From IMG/VR virus record IMGVR_UViG_3300018080_008188, positions 32,001-96,000 of that record: DNA of 64,000 nucleotides. The stretch is one strand, 5' to 3'. The notes under the pieces were generated by a model. It was not told the DNA's origin. It saw only the letters and a list, made by a program, of their open reading frames with translations, and searched no databases. This DNA is from a virus. The position numbers and the translations under genes were made by a program. Below are positions 37,310-45,305 of the stretch, one piece after another (within the stretch, counting starts at the first letter, position 1; the number at the start of each line of letters is the position of its first letter).

Positions 37310-37831
37310 ATGGCAAAATCGGGAATCCAGATGATAGAGGAAATGCTAGGAAAACTGAGCGTGCTTGACAGGCGCATGGAAGTGCTGGAGCAAACCATGA
37401 AAGAATTGCTCGCTGCGCGAAACGCACAGCCTCAGCCGGTCCAGGTCCAGCAGAAGAAAAGCCTGCCGGAAGGGCTGAGGCTTAACAGCAAGCCGGCATC
37501 CGAAGCCTCAAGCCAATCCACACCTCGCATGGCAGCTGCTGATGAAAAGCCCGAGTTCCAGCCGATTGTGAAAGCCGCTTCGAATGCCAGGGCAATAGGG
37601 CGTGTTCAGCAGGGCGGAAAAGCAGTGCCTGGAGTCAGCGTGACGCTGTTCGATTCGCGAAACCATCCTGTTAAGGAGACGAAGACAAACCGTGCCGGCG
37701 ACTGGATGGCCTTTCTGCCGCCTGGAAGATATGCGGCGGCATGTATGCTGGAAGGAAAAATAAACGAGAATGTCATGTTTGAAGTAAAGCCCGGAGACAA
37801 GATCGTAAGGGTCGGTCGGCCAAATGAGTAG
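37310..37831 (+). CDS. Protein with N-terminal coiled coil and carboxypeptidase-regulatory-like (prealbumin fold) domain
   Basis: GRV...G.AVPGVSVTL...TKTNRAG.W...LPPGRY. Confidence 0.65.
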   Translation: MAKSGIQMIEEMLGKLSVLDRRMEVLEQTMKELLAARNAQPQPVQVQQKKSLPEGLRLNSKPASEASSQSTPRMAAADEKPEFQPIVKAASNARAIGRVQQGGKAVPGVSVTLFDSRNHPVKETKTNRAGDWMAFLPPGRYAAACMLEGKINENVMFEVKPGDKIVRVGRPNE

Positions 37832-38933
37832 GGAACTCTGCTCAGGATGTCTTGAAGTGAAAACCATATGCTTCAGGAATAAAGATGGTGCTTTCTGCCA
37901 GTGGTGCCGCAAAAAGATGCGCCGCAAAAAAGAAACATGCGCATCGTGTGGCAAGTCTTTGTATATTGCCGCAAAGGGGATGTGCCATTCGTGCTATAAC
38001 AAAAGCAGGATGGAAACATGCCATAAGTGTGGCAAAAATGCGGTTCCCAAAAAAAGAACAGACAGAGGACCATTATGTCGCAGATGTGCCACAATGTCCA
38101 GGCCATCCATTATCTGTAGCGTATGCTCCAAAAGCAAAAAGAACTGCTTGGTCAGCGGCTATCGGATGATTTGCGAATCGTGCCATGCCAACAGCAAAAG
38201 AAAAAATTGTATCTGTACAGAATGTAAAGAAAAGAAAAGAATTTACTCTTCCAAGATGTGCTTTGCGTGTTTTTCGAAAGAGCGATGGAGCGCGACACCA
38301 TGCGAACGGTGCGGCTCGGTTCCAACGCTTGAAGGGAAATGCCGAACTTGCCGCTTGAAAAAGAAGATTTGTTCAAAATGCGGAGTAACAGCCGTGATGG
38401 CATCAAAAAACATGTGCCACGCATGTTACAGGAAAAGAAGGCAAACCGAACGATGCTCGTCATGCGGCAGGGAATCCACCCCATGCTTCAGAAACAGCGA
38501 CGGAAGCATGATATGCAGGGCATGCTATCGCAAGCACAAACAACCAAAAAAGACCTGTTCGGCATGCGGAAAAACAAGCATTCTGTGCTCAAAGGGAATG
38601 TGTAGAAAATGCTGGATGAAAAGTCCAGACATGATGGCAAAAAGAGCATGCCGCTCGACGGAGGGCAGCATATCCGGACGGAGCTGGAAAAAGCTTATGG
38701 ACAGCCACTCATGGAGATGCTTCTATTGTGGGTCGAAGCTGCGCAGGCAAAACAGGTCCGTGGATCACATAGTTCCCAGGTCCAAGGGCGGAAACAACGC
38801 TTTAAAAAACTTGGTACCATGCTGCAGATCCTGTAATTCGCGAAAAAGGAACAAAGACGCGTTGTTCTGGGCAACGAATGTTTTTGGAGTCAAAAAGAAA
38901 ATGATTCTGCGTATTTTGAGGGCATATCGATAA
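37824..38933 (+). CDS. HNH endonuclease with tandem CxxC zinc-finger array
   Basis: 18 CxxC before the nuclease domain; CFYCG...SVDHIVPRSKGG.N...NLVPCCRSCNSRK. Confidence 0.85.
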   Translation: MSRELCSGCLEVKTICFRNKDGAFCQWCRKKMRRKKETCASCGKSLYIAAKGMCHSCYNKSRMETCHKCGKNAVPKKRTDRGPLCRRCATMSRPSIICSVCSKSKKNCLVSGYRMICESCHANSKRKNCICTECKEKKRIYSSKMCFACFSKERWSATPCERCGSVPTLEGKCRTCRLKKKICSKCGVTAVMASKNMCHACYRKRRQTERCSSCGRESTPCFRNSDGSMICRACYRKHKQPKKTCSACGKTSILCSKGMCRKCWMKSPDMMAKRACRSTEGSISGRSWKKLMDSHSWRCFYCGSKLRRQNRSVDHIVPRSKGGNNALKNLVPCCRSCNSRKRNKDALFWATNVFGVKKKMILRILRAYR

Positions 38934-39706
38934 TGGCTACCGGACACAGGGTATTTTCAGACCTGTTTGATATTGAGCACTTCGTAAAGCAGGTGGCAGT
39001 GTCCCAAGGCAAAAATCTGCTCATCGACTCCCTGCGCGAGCATTTCCGCAAGGACACGTTCTACAGATACGGAACCGACGCCTTCGGATTTCCGCTCACG
39101 CCGGATCTGACCGACCTTCCTCCGGACATCGGCGAGACGCGCACCACGCGCCTTTTCATCGGCGACATCTACAGGATGGACAAAAGATACCTTCCGTCAA
39201 TCACGGTTCGTCAGTCGGGCGGCAGCTACTATGCTATAAGCTTCAACCAGAACGAAACCACGAAATACAGGATCGACCTTGTGCTGGACGGTTACGGCGG
39301 TCGGTCCCTCCTCAAGGTTCCTACGCACAAGGTGTTTGTCGGGGGATGGAACCAGACATTCCAGGTGACAGTGGCTGCTGAAAGCATCCCAGACCGCGAG
39401 GAACTCGCGGACATCGTGTCGTCATACCTGATAGGCGTTACCAGGATTCCCACGCAGGAAGCGGGGCTGTTCATTAAAAACGTGTCGTTCGGCGGTGAAA
39501 GCGAGGAGGACTGGGCGAACGAGAAGGTTTACCTGCAGAACATCAATGTGGAGACATTCTCGGAATGGAGGCGTGAGGTGCCCGTAAGCGGTCTTATAGA
39601 AACAATAAACTTCTGCTTCGATGTTGGAATATTCGGGTCCGATAGCACAGCAAACATCGTAACCACGCTCGGTCCCGAAGATACGACGCTTGAAACCCCG
39701 ATTTAG
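38933..39706 (+). CDS. Putative tail terminator/completion protein
   Basis: 257 aa upstream of sheath; LPSITVR and A.S..DREEL.D.V pattern; synteny. Confidence 0.55.
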   Translation: MATGHRVFSDLFDIEHFVKQVAVSQGKNLLIDSLREHFRKDTFYRYGTDAFGFPLTPDLTDLPPDIGETRTTRLFIGDIYRMDKRYLPSITVRQSGGSYYAISFNQNETTKYRIDLVLDGYGGRSLLKVPTHKVFVGGWNQTFQVTVAAESIPDREELADIVSSYLIGVTRIPTQEAGLFIKNVSFGGESEEDWANEKVYLQNINVETFSEWRREVPVSGLIETINFCFDVGIFGSDSTANIVTTLGPEDTTLETPI

Positions 39707-40200
39707 CCAGACCTTTCCCAATCCCTGACTGCGGCGCAGTTTAGGCATAGCATTTCGTGACCTTCCAGCTCTCTAACCAATCTGTCCCACGACATATTTT
39801 TCGCCCTGCTGAATGCGAAAACCTTTCCTCCCTTCCAAAACCTGAAGACGGGCGACGGAAACATTCCTTGGCAGTCTGCACATATGCCTCCCCACATAGC
39901 GACAGCCGCTTCCACCTTTTCCTCGAATTTTGCCCGCTTGACGCTCTCTTGGCACTGCTTGCAGTAGCTCAGGGGCTTGCCGCTGCTGCGCCTTAGATGG
40001 AATTCTTCCAGGTCTTTTTCGCTGTTGCAGCGAACGCAGTATGCTTTGCCTTCCGGCGGCGACACGATGTACGATCTGCGGTTGTTGCTACCGAACGGTG
40101 AGCAGTCCAGGCAGAACTTTCTGCCAGAAAGCCTGACGGTTTTTCCATCCACATTGATTTGATTGGGGAAATCCTTTCCACAGTTGCTACATTTTGGCAT
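39703..40200 (-). CDS. Zinc-finger protein, degenerate HNH-like
   Basis: AGGAGG RBS before ATG at 40200; six CxxC pairs; SW..L..EL....LCLNC matches HNH C-terminus but the His residues are absent. Confidence 0.7.
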   Translation of the reverse strand: MPKCSNCGKDFPNQINVDGKTVRLSGRKFCLDCSPFGSNNRRSYIVSPPEGKAYCVRCNSEKDLEEFHLRRSSGKPLSYCKQCQESVKRAKFEEKVEAAVAMWGGICADCQGMFPSPVFRFWKGGKVFAFSRAKNMSWDRLVRELEGHEMLCLNCAAVRDWERSG

Positions 40201-40216
40201 GTCGAGCCTCCTAATA

Positions 40217-40235
40217 TATGCGCACTTATTGATAG
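40217..40235 (-). promoter_or_regulatory. Putative phage late promoter motif (minus strand)
   Basis: Reverse complement CTATCAATAA-GTGC-GCATA, just upstream of the RBS of the only minus-strand gene. Confidence 0.7.
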
Positions 40236-40280
40236 CATACAGAAAACCTAGCGGTTGCCTATGCCGCCTAAATATAGGTT

Positions 40281-40299
40281 CTATCAATAAAAACGCATA
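40281..40299 (+). promoter_or_regulatory. Putative phage late promoter motif
   Basis: CTATCAATAA-AAAC-GCATA upstream of sheath. Confidence 0.7.
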
Positions 40300-40350
40300 G
40301 TCTTGAGGATTACGAATCCTTGGCATAAATCATGTGGAGGACTTCCCCAA

Positions 40351-42876
40351 ATGTCCAATATACCCGGAATTACAGGATATATTCAACCTGATGCCCTTTC
40401 GCGCACCCGCACCCTTCAGAGGGCGGTTTCCATTCCAGGAGGATTGCGCGTTCTTTGCATCATCGGCGAAGGAAAGCGCGAAGAGGTCCTGGTGGACTCC
40501 GCCATTGGCGGAGGTGCCGATGGGCTGGACCCGACATTCACCAGCGCCGTTGGCGCTGTGGGACGATACTTCCAGACATCTTTTGCACCCATGGTTGAGA
40601 ACAGGACCGAACTGTTCAAAAACGGGTCAACACTCAGAATCCTTGAAGACACTATCGATGCACAGTCGTTCTCGACACAATACGACGCTAGGATAGATCC
40701 AGAAACAGGTCAAATCGAGCTTCAGGGAGCCTCCATTGTGGATCAAGGGGGGTTGCTGTATAGCGCCAGCACAGGAAATGTCGGTGACGGATACCTGTCC
40801 ACTCCTGTCCTTACTGACACAAATGCTCCAGCAGAAACCTGGACTATCAGATGCGCCAGCACCACCAAAGACAGCTATGGCGCGCCCATACGCGGTCAGG
40901 CAACCTTCACGGCGTCCGGAAGCGTAAGCGGGCAGCTGCTTGACGACTACGGACAGGCGTACACCTGGAAAAGCGACGGAACGGCTGTCGACAACGGAGT
41001 GCTGCGCTTTGCAATATACAATCCGACCGGACAGCCGTTTGCGCAGGGCGACAGGTTCACCATCGAAGTGAGCAGCCATGTCCTACAGGACAGGGATTCC
41101 TTGGAGATCAGATATATTCCGGAGCTTGATATTAATGATCCGGAGACCTTCATCGACCCCGCAAAGCTGTACGAGAAGCACGGGCAGCCAAGCCTGACCA
41201 ACACTCTTTCCCTCGGCGCCCAAATGGCGTACGAGAACGGGGCTGCGGCCATCATGGCTCTACAGGCGGCTCCCCCTCTTCCGCGCAGGACGTCCGAAAT
41301 CGTCCTGGCGGCGCGCGATGCGACTACAAGCCTCGGAGGCGCCTCTGGCGGCAGCGATGCTGAAGACTTGATCTTTCCGGTCGAAGCTCCTGGCAAACCC
41401 GACACCGACACCGCTGTTCATTTCTTCGTCATTGGAACGGACGGAGAAGAAACACAGATTTTTCCTAACAAGGTGGACTTCTATGACCCGGACATCACGG
41501 CGGCTTTCGCACAGTATGAAAGCAGCCAGTCCGATACGCTGCTGAAAGCCAGGTTCATGGACCCGGCGCAGACTGGCGTGCCGTATGCCTATACGGTTGT
41601 CAGTGACGATAAAATCGAGCAGGACGGGGCGGACGGATATCTGAACCCGTCTGGTGTGTCCAAGGCGATCTTCACTAGCGCATCCATGCAGCTTACATCC
41701 GACGACCTAGGGAAAAACCTCGATTTTGTTACCGACACTGTCAATGAGGGGCGCTACGAGATTACGACCGTTATCAGCGCGACTAGCGCCGAGGTGACGC
41801 GCGCATCCGGGAGCTTTGCGACCGAGACGACAATGAAGTGGCAGCTTCTTGCCTCCTCCGGAGAATCACAGCGTGTGCTGCTCACCAGCGACCTTGCGCT
41901 GGCTGCGGGGCAGGGTCTCAGAATCAGCTATATTGACTACAAGGACGCAGACTTTTTCGATGCCAACTGGGCCGATGCGATCAGCGAACTGGAGAAGGTC
42001 GAAGCGCAAATTCTCGTTCCCATTCCAACCCAGACATTCAGCGCCATTCAGCAAGCCTTCAGGGTCCATGTCGAGCAAATGTCAACCATCTTCTATAAGA
42101 AGGAGCGCGTCCTATTTACTGGGGCGCAGGCTGGGCTTGATCCCTACAACGTCATCGGAACGGAGCTGGCCGCGGTGGAGGACATAGGAATCCTGGAAGG
42201 CATCCAAGGAGACGACGCCGAAGAAATCCTTGCCGGAAACATCGAGGACCTCGCCAATTACGGGGTGTCCGCGAGCTTCGGCGACTCCTTTCGCGTAGTT
42301 TACTTCTATCCTGACGAGATCGTCAGGGTTGTCAACGGCTCCAGGGAAACGGTCCCCGGATACTACCTGGCGGCGGCTGCTGCTGGAAGGACTCAGGGAA
42401 CGGTCAATGTGTCGATGCCGCTGACATTCAAGACGCTGACCGGATTCACAATCCTGAACAGCAAGCTGTACAGCCCCACGATTCTGAATCAGCTTGGAAA
42501 CGCAGGCATCACGGTCGTACAGCCCATCACGGGCGGCGGCAGGGTCCTTCACGGCAAAACCACCACGCAGAGCGGTGCTGCCGAGGAGGAGGAGATCTCC
42601 ATCGTCTTCATCAGGGACCAGCTGTCCAGGACGACGCGCGCAAGGCTGCGCCCGTACATCGGCCAGCCGGAGGACCCGCTGCAGATTCCGACTCTCATCA
42701 CGCAGATGACGAAACTGCTCGGGGCGTTCAAGTCCCAGAATCTCATCACCAAGTTCCAGAACCTTTCCGTGACGAGGGACGATGTGGAGCCGCGGCAGTT
42801 CAATATTCGCGTTGAGGCGCGTCCGAACTACCCGTCCAACTGGTTCTTCGCGGACATCAGCGTCGGTGCCATCTAA
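40351..42876 (+). CDS. Tail sheath protein
   Basis: GGAGG RBS supports 40351; N-terminal GYIQP, HVEQMS...KER, AAAAAG, LTFK.L.GF, L...GITV, EISIV.IRD, P.YP.N; 841 aa. Confidence 0.9.
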   Translation: MSNIPGITGYIQPDALSRTRTLQRAVSIPGGLRVLCIIGEGKREEVLVDSAIGGGADGLDPTFTSAVGAVGRYFQTSFAPMVENRTELFKNGSTLRILEDTIDAQSFSTQYDARIDPETGQIELQGASIVDQGGLLYSASTGNVGDGYLSTPVLTDTNAPAETWTIRCASTTKDSYGAPIRGQATFTASGSVSGQLLDDYGQAYTWKSDGTAVDNGVLRFAIYNPTGQPFAQGDRFTIEVSSHVLQDRDSLEIRYIPELDINDPETFIDPAKLYEKHGQPSLTNTLSLGAQMAYENGAAAIMALQAAPPLPRRTSEIVLAARDATTSLGGASGGSDAEDLIFPVEAPGKPDTDTAVHFFVIGTDGEETQIFPNKVDFYDPDITAAFAQYESSQSDTLLKARFMDPAQTGVPYAYTVVSDDKIEQDGADGYLNPSGVSKAIFTSASMQLTSDDLGKNLDFVTDTVNEGRYEITTVISATSAEVTRASGSFATETTMKWQLLASSGESQRVLLTSDLALAAGQGLRISYIDYKDADFFDANWADAISELEKVEAQILVPIPTQTFSAIQQAFRVHVEQMSTIFYKKERVLFTGAQAGLDPYNVIGTELAAVEDIGILEGIQGDDAEEILAGNIEDLANYGVSASFGDSFRVVYFYPDEIVRVVNGSRETVPGYYLAAAAAGRTQGTVNVSMPLTFKTLTGFTILNSKLYSPTILNQLGNAGITVVQPITGGGRVLHGKTTTQSGAAEEEEISIVFIRDQLSRTTRARLRPYIGQPEDPLQIPTLITQMTKLLGAFKSQNLITKFQNLSVTRDDVEPRQFNIRVEARPNYPSNWFFADISVGAI

Positions 42877-42904
42877 GGCGCCGGCGCCCGCGCGCTGAGG
42901 AAGC

Positions 42905-43504
42905 ATGGCATCCGAATATCCGCAGACAGGAAGCAGAATCGACGACGACACGGTTCGCACCGGCCTTTCCACGCAGATGGTGGTCAAGTTCGACCATGCC
43001 ACCGTCGGCGCGCTTCAGGAGCTTGCGATAAATCAAACGCGGGACATAGCGAGATGGGAGGAGATTGGAACGGACGGAATCGTCGACTCCCATCCGCGCC
43101 ATGCGGCGCAGGTCAATCTGTCAGCAACCCGCATAGTGTTCGACGGCCTCAGGCTTCCGGAAGCTTTCGGAAGAGGATTTGTCAACTTACAGGCTCAGAG
43201 ATTTCCTTTCGACATCCATATAATCGATCGCTCGGGCGGAGAAGGGGAATTCTCAATTGTCCACACATACCACAACTGCTGGTTCAACAGATATTCCACG
43301 CCGTACAGCGCGGGAAACTACATAATCTCCGAAGGGGCGGACATCTGGTGCGAGTTCGTCACTTCCATGCAGAACGGGAAGAATGTCGCCATCGGCGGAG
43401 CATCCGGCATAACGGTTGAGTCGGACAGCGTCGAGAGAAGCACGGACCTTCTCGGACAGCGCGGCAGCCTTGACTCTGCCGGGCTACGCACCATGCAGAC
43501 ATAA
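42905..43504 (+). CDS. Tail tube protein 1
   Basis: 199 aa directly after sheath; VGALQ.L...Q.R...EIG, PFDI, NCWF. Confidence 0.8.
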   Translation: MASEYPQTGSRIDDDTVRTGLSTQMVVKFDHATVGALQELAINQTRDIARWEEIGTDGIVDSHPRHAAQVNLSATRIVFDGLRLPEAFGRGFVNLQAQRFPFDIHIIDRSGGEGEFSIVHTYHNCWFNRYSTPYSAGNYIISEGADIWCEFVTSMQNGKNVAIGGASGITVESDSVERSTDLLGQRGSLDSAGLRTMQT

Positions 43505-43530
43505 AGAAAAAAACCACGGAGGATACGAGC

Positions 43531-44139
43531 ATGACCTATCCGGCAACGGGCTCGACTCTTGACAATGTCAACATTAGCACGGGCCTCAGCACCCAAATAG
43601 TCATCAGGGTTGGGGCTGTCACAGTGGGCGCCGTACAGCAGCTACAGGTTGCGCAAAACCGACCGATCTACAGGGGAGTCGAAATCGGGCTGGACGGCAC
43701 GCTTGAGCTTGTGCCGAACCAGAGGACGGAAGTCACCCTGAACATCACAAGGCTGGTGTTCGACAGACTGAGGCTTCCAGAGGCTTTCGAGCGAGGGTTC
43801 ATCAACATTCATGCGCAGCGATTTCCGTTCGACATCCAGGTGCTGGACAGGAGCGGCGGCGACGGCGAAAACATCGTGACCCATGAATATAAAAACTGCT
43901 GGTTTCAGCAGCTCCAGACGCCGTACAATGCCGACAACTACATCATCCTTGAGACCGCCACCATACAGGTCGAGGCAGCAAGCTCGACAGCCGGCGATGG
44001 AAACAAGAATGTAGCTAACGGAGGCGTTCGCGGGTTTGAGCCGTCCATCGACGACTACGAGCGCGAAGCCGACAGGGGCGAGCGGCGCGGCACGATGGAT
44101 GTTCCAGGCGTCATCGCTGCGGCATTCTCAGAAGAATAG
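43531..44139 (+). CDS. Tail tube protein 2 (paralogue)
   Basis: Shares TGLSTQ, LRLPEAF.RGF.N..AQRFPFDI, NCWF, TPY.A.NYII with tube 1. Confidence 0.8.
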   Translation: MTYPATGSTLDNVNISTGLSTQIVIRVGAVTVGAVQQLQVAQNRPIYRGVEIGLDGTLELVPNQRTEVTLNITRLVFDRLRLPEAFERGFINIHAQRFPFDIQVLDRSGGDGENIVTHEYKNCWFQQLQTPYNADNYIILETATIQVEAASSTAGDGNKNVANGGVRGFEPSIDDYEREADRGERRGTMDVPGVIAAAFSEE

Positions 44140-44148
44140 CGACCCACG

Positions 44149-44178
44149 GTCCGGCGGAAACTCCGCCGGACTTCTCTT
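44149..44178 (+). terminator. Probable terminator/attenuator hairpin after tube genes
   Basis: GTCCGGCGGA-AAC-TCCGCCGGAC then TTCTCTT. Confidence 0.55.
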
Positions 44179-44287
44179 CCCCTTCCGCCGGCAGGACGAC
44201 TATGGCAGGCAAAAGCGACCCATCTTCATCGCATAGCGCTACAACAGAAACCGCCCCCGTTCGGGGAAGAAAGGACAAAGGTGTACA

Positions 44288-44854
44288 ATGGCAGAATTAA
44301 GGCATCCGACCATAGGAAAGGTCGGCAGCGGCGCACAGGTGCCGAATCGCTCCGGAAGCGCCGCAGGCGCATATGTATCATCTCCGGCCGGCGACATTCT
44401 TTCCGGAGCCGCAGAGGCTGCGGAAAAGCAGCAGGGGCGCGCGGAAGAAGAAGAACATGCGGACATCACGTCTTCGCATAGCAGAAACGACCTGCAGTCG
44501 CTGGTGGAACTGGGAATGGTTGAAGACAGCATAACCATAGGCGCAAAAACATTCCGCATGCATACGCTTGACGACGATACGCAGGAAAATCTTCTCAAGC
44601 GCGCTTCGGAAGCGGGCGGAGCGGACGGATTCCTGATGCTCAGGCGCATGGTGGCCGCCATGGCAATAGAGACGGTCAACGGAAAGCCTGTCGAGAACTT
44701 CGCCGAAGGCTGTGAAAGCGACGACCCGGCGGACAGAAAAATATTCGTCGTTTCGAAGCTACAGAATGTAGTCGTCAACAGGCTTTATGAGTTCTACGAG
44801 CAGCTGGTCGGTCGCAGCAATGAAAACATCAATCCGGAGCAGGTAAAAAACTAG
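44288..44854 (+). CDS. Tail assembly chaperone (short form)
   Basis: Between tube and tape measure; ends at slippery GTA AAA AAC TAG. Confidence 0.75.
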   Translation: MAELRHPTIGKVGSGAQVPNRSGSAAGAYVSSPAGDILSGAAEAAEKQQGRAEEEEHADITSSHSRNDLQSLVELGMVEDSITIGAKTFRMHTLDDDTQENLLKRASEAGGADGFLMLRRMVAAMAIETVNGKPVENFAEGCESDDPADRKIFVVSKLQNVVVNRLYEFYEQLVGRSNENINPEQVKN

Positions 44855-44878
44855 CGAAGGGGCCGTGGCACCGGCTCC
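44845..44878 (+). other. Programmed -1 ribosomal frameshift signal
   Basis: A AAA AAC heptamer 44845-44851, 7-nt spacer, hairpin GGGGCCG/CGGCTCC 44859-44878. Confidence 0.8.
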
Positions 44879-45300
44879 GATGGAAGCTCTGCAAAATCTG
44901 GGGAGTGCCCGCAGACGACCCGCGTTTCCTGAGAATAAACAACGCCCAATGGGTCTGGTATAGCGCCCAGATAGCGCAGGACGAGGATGAAGAGTTTGAG
45001 CTGCTGCGCGACATGGCAGAGCACAATGCGATGTTCTGGAACCAGGAAGGCGTAAACCAGGTAAGGCAAGCGAGAAAGCGGACATACAAGCTGAGCGACA
45101 GTGAGTTCGGAACCATGCTTGAATCCACTTTCGGTCGCAAGCTGAACGTGCCAGACGAGAGCAGTCGCATTCCCTTGGCAGTCCCGGCGGAAAAGAGCGC
45201 ACCTTCGTCCGGCGGATGGAAAATGCGCGACGATGTTGATGCTGGAGCATATCTCGGAATGGAGCTTGACGATATTTCATTCACGCCCTTCAAGGAGTAG
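44851..45300 (+). CDS. Tail assembly chaperone extension (-1 frame; about 337-aa fusion)
   Basis: -1 frame open from the heptamer: LAKGPWHRLRWKLCKIWGVPADDPRF...; no convincing independent RBS. Confidence 0.75.
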   Translation, partial: LAKGPWHRLRWKLCKIWGVPADDPRFLRINNAQWVWYSAQIAQDEDEEFELLRDMAEHNAMFWNQEGVNQVRQARKRTYKLSDSEFGTMLESTFGRKLNVPDESSRIPLAVPAEKSAPSSGGWKMRDDVDAGAYLGMELDDISFTPFKE

Positions 45301-45305
45301 CGCAA

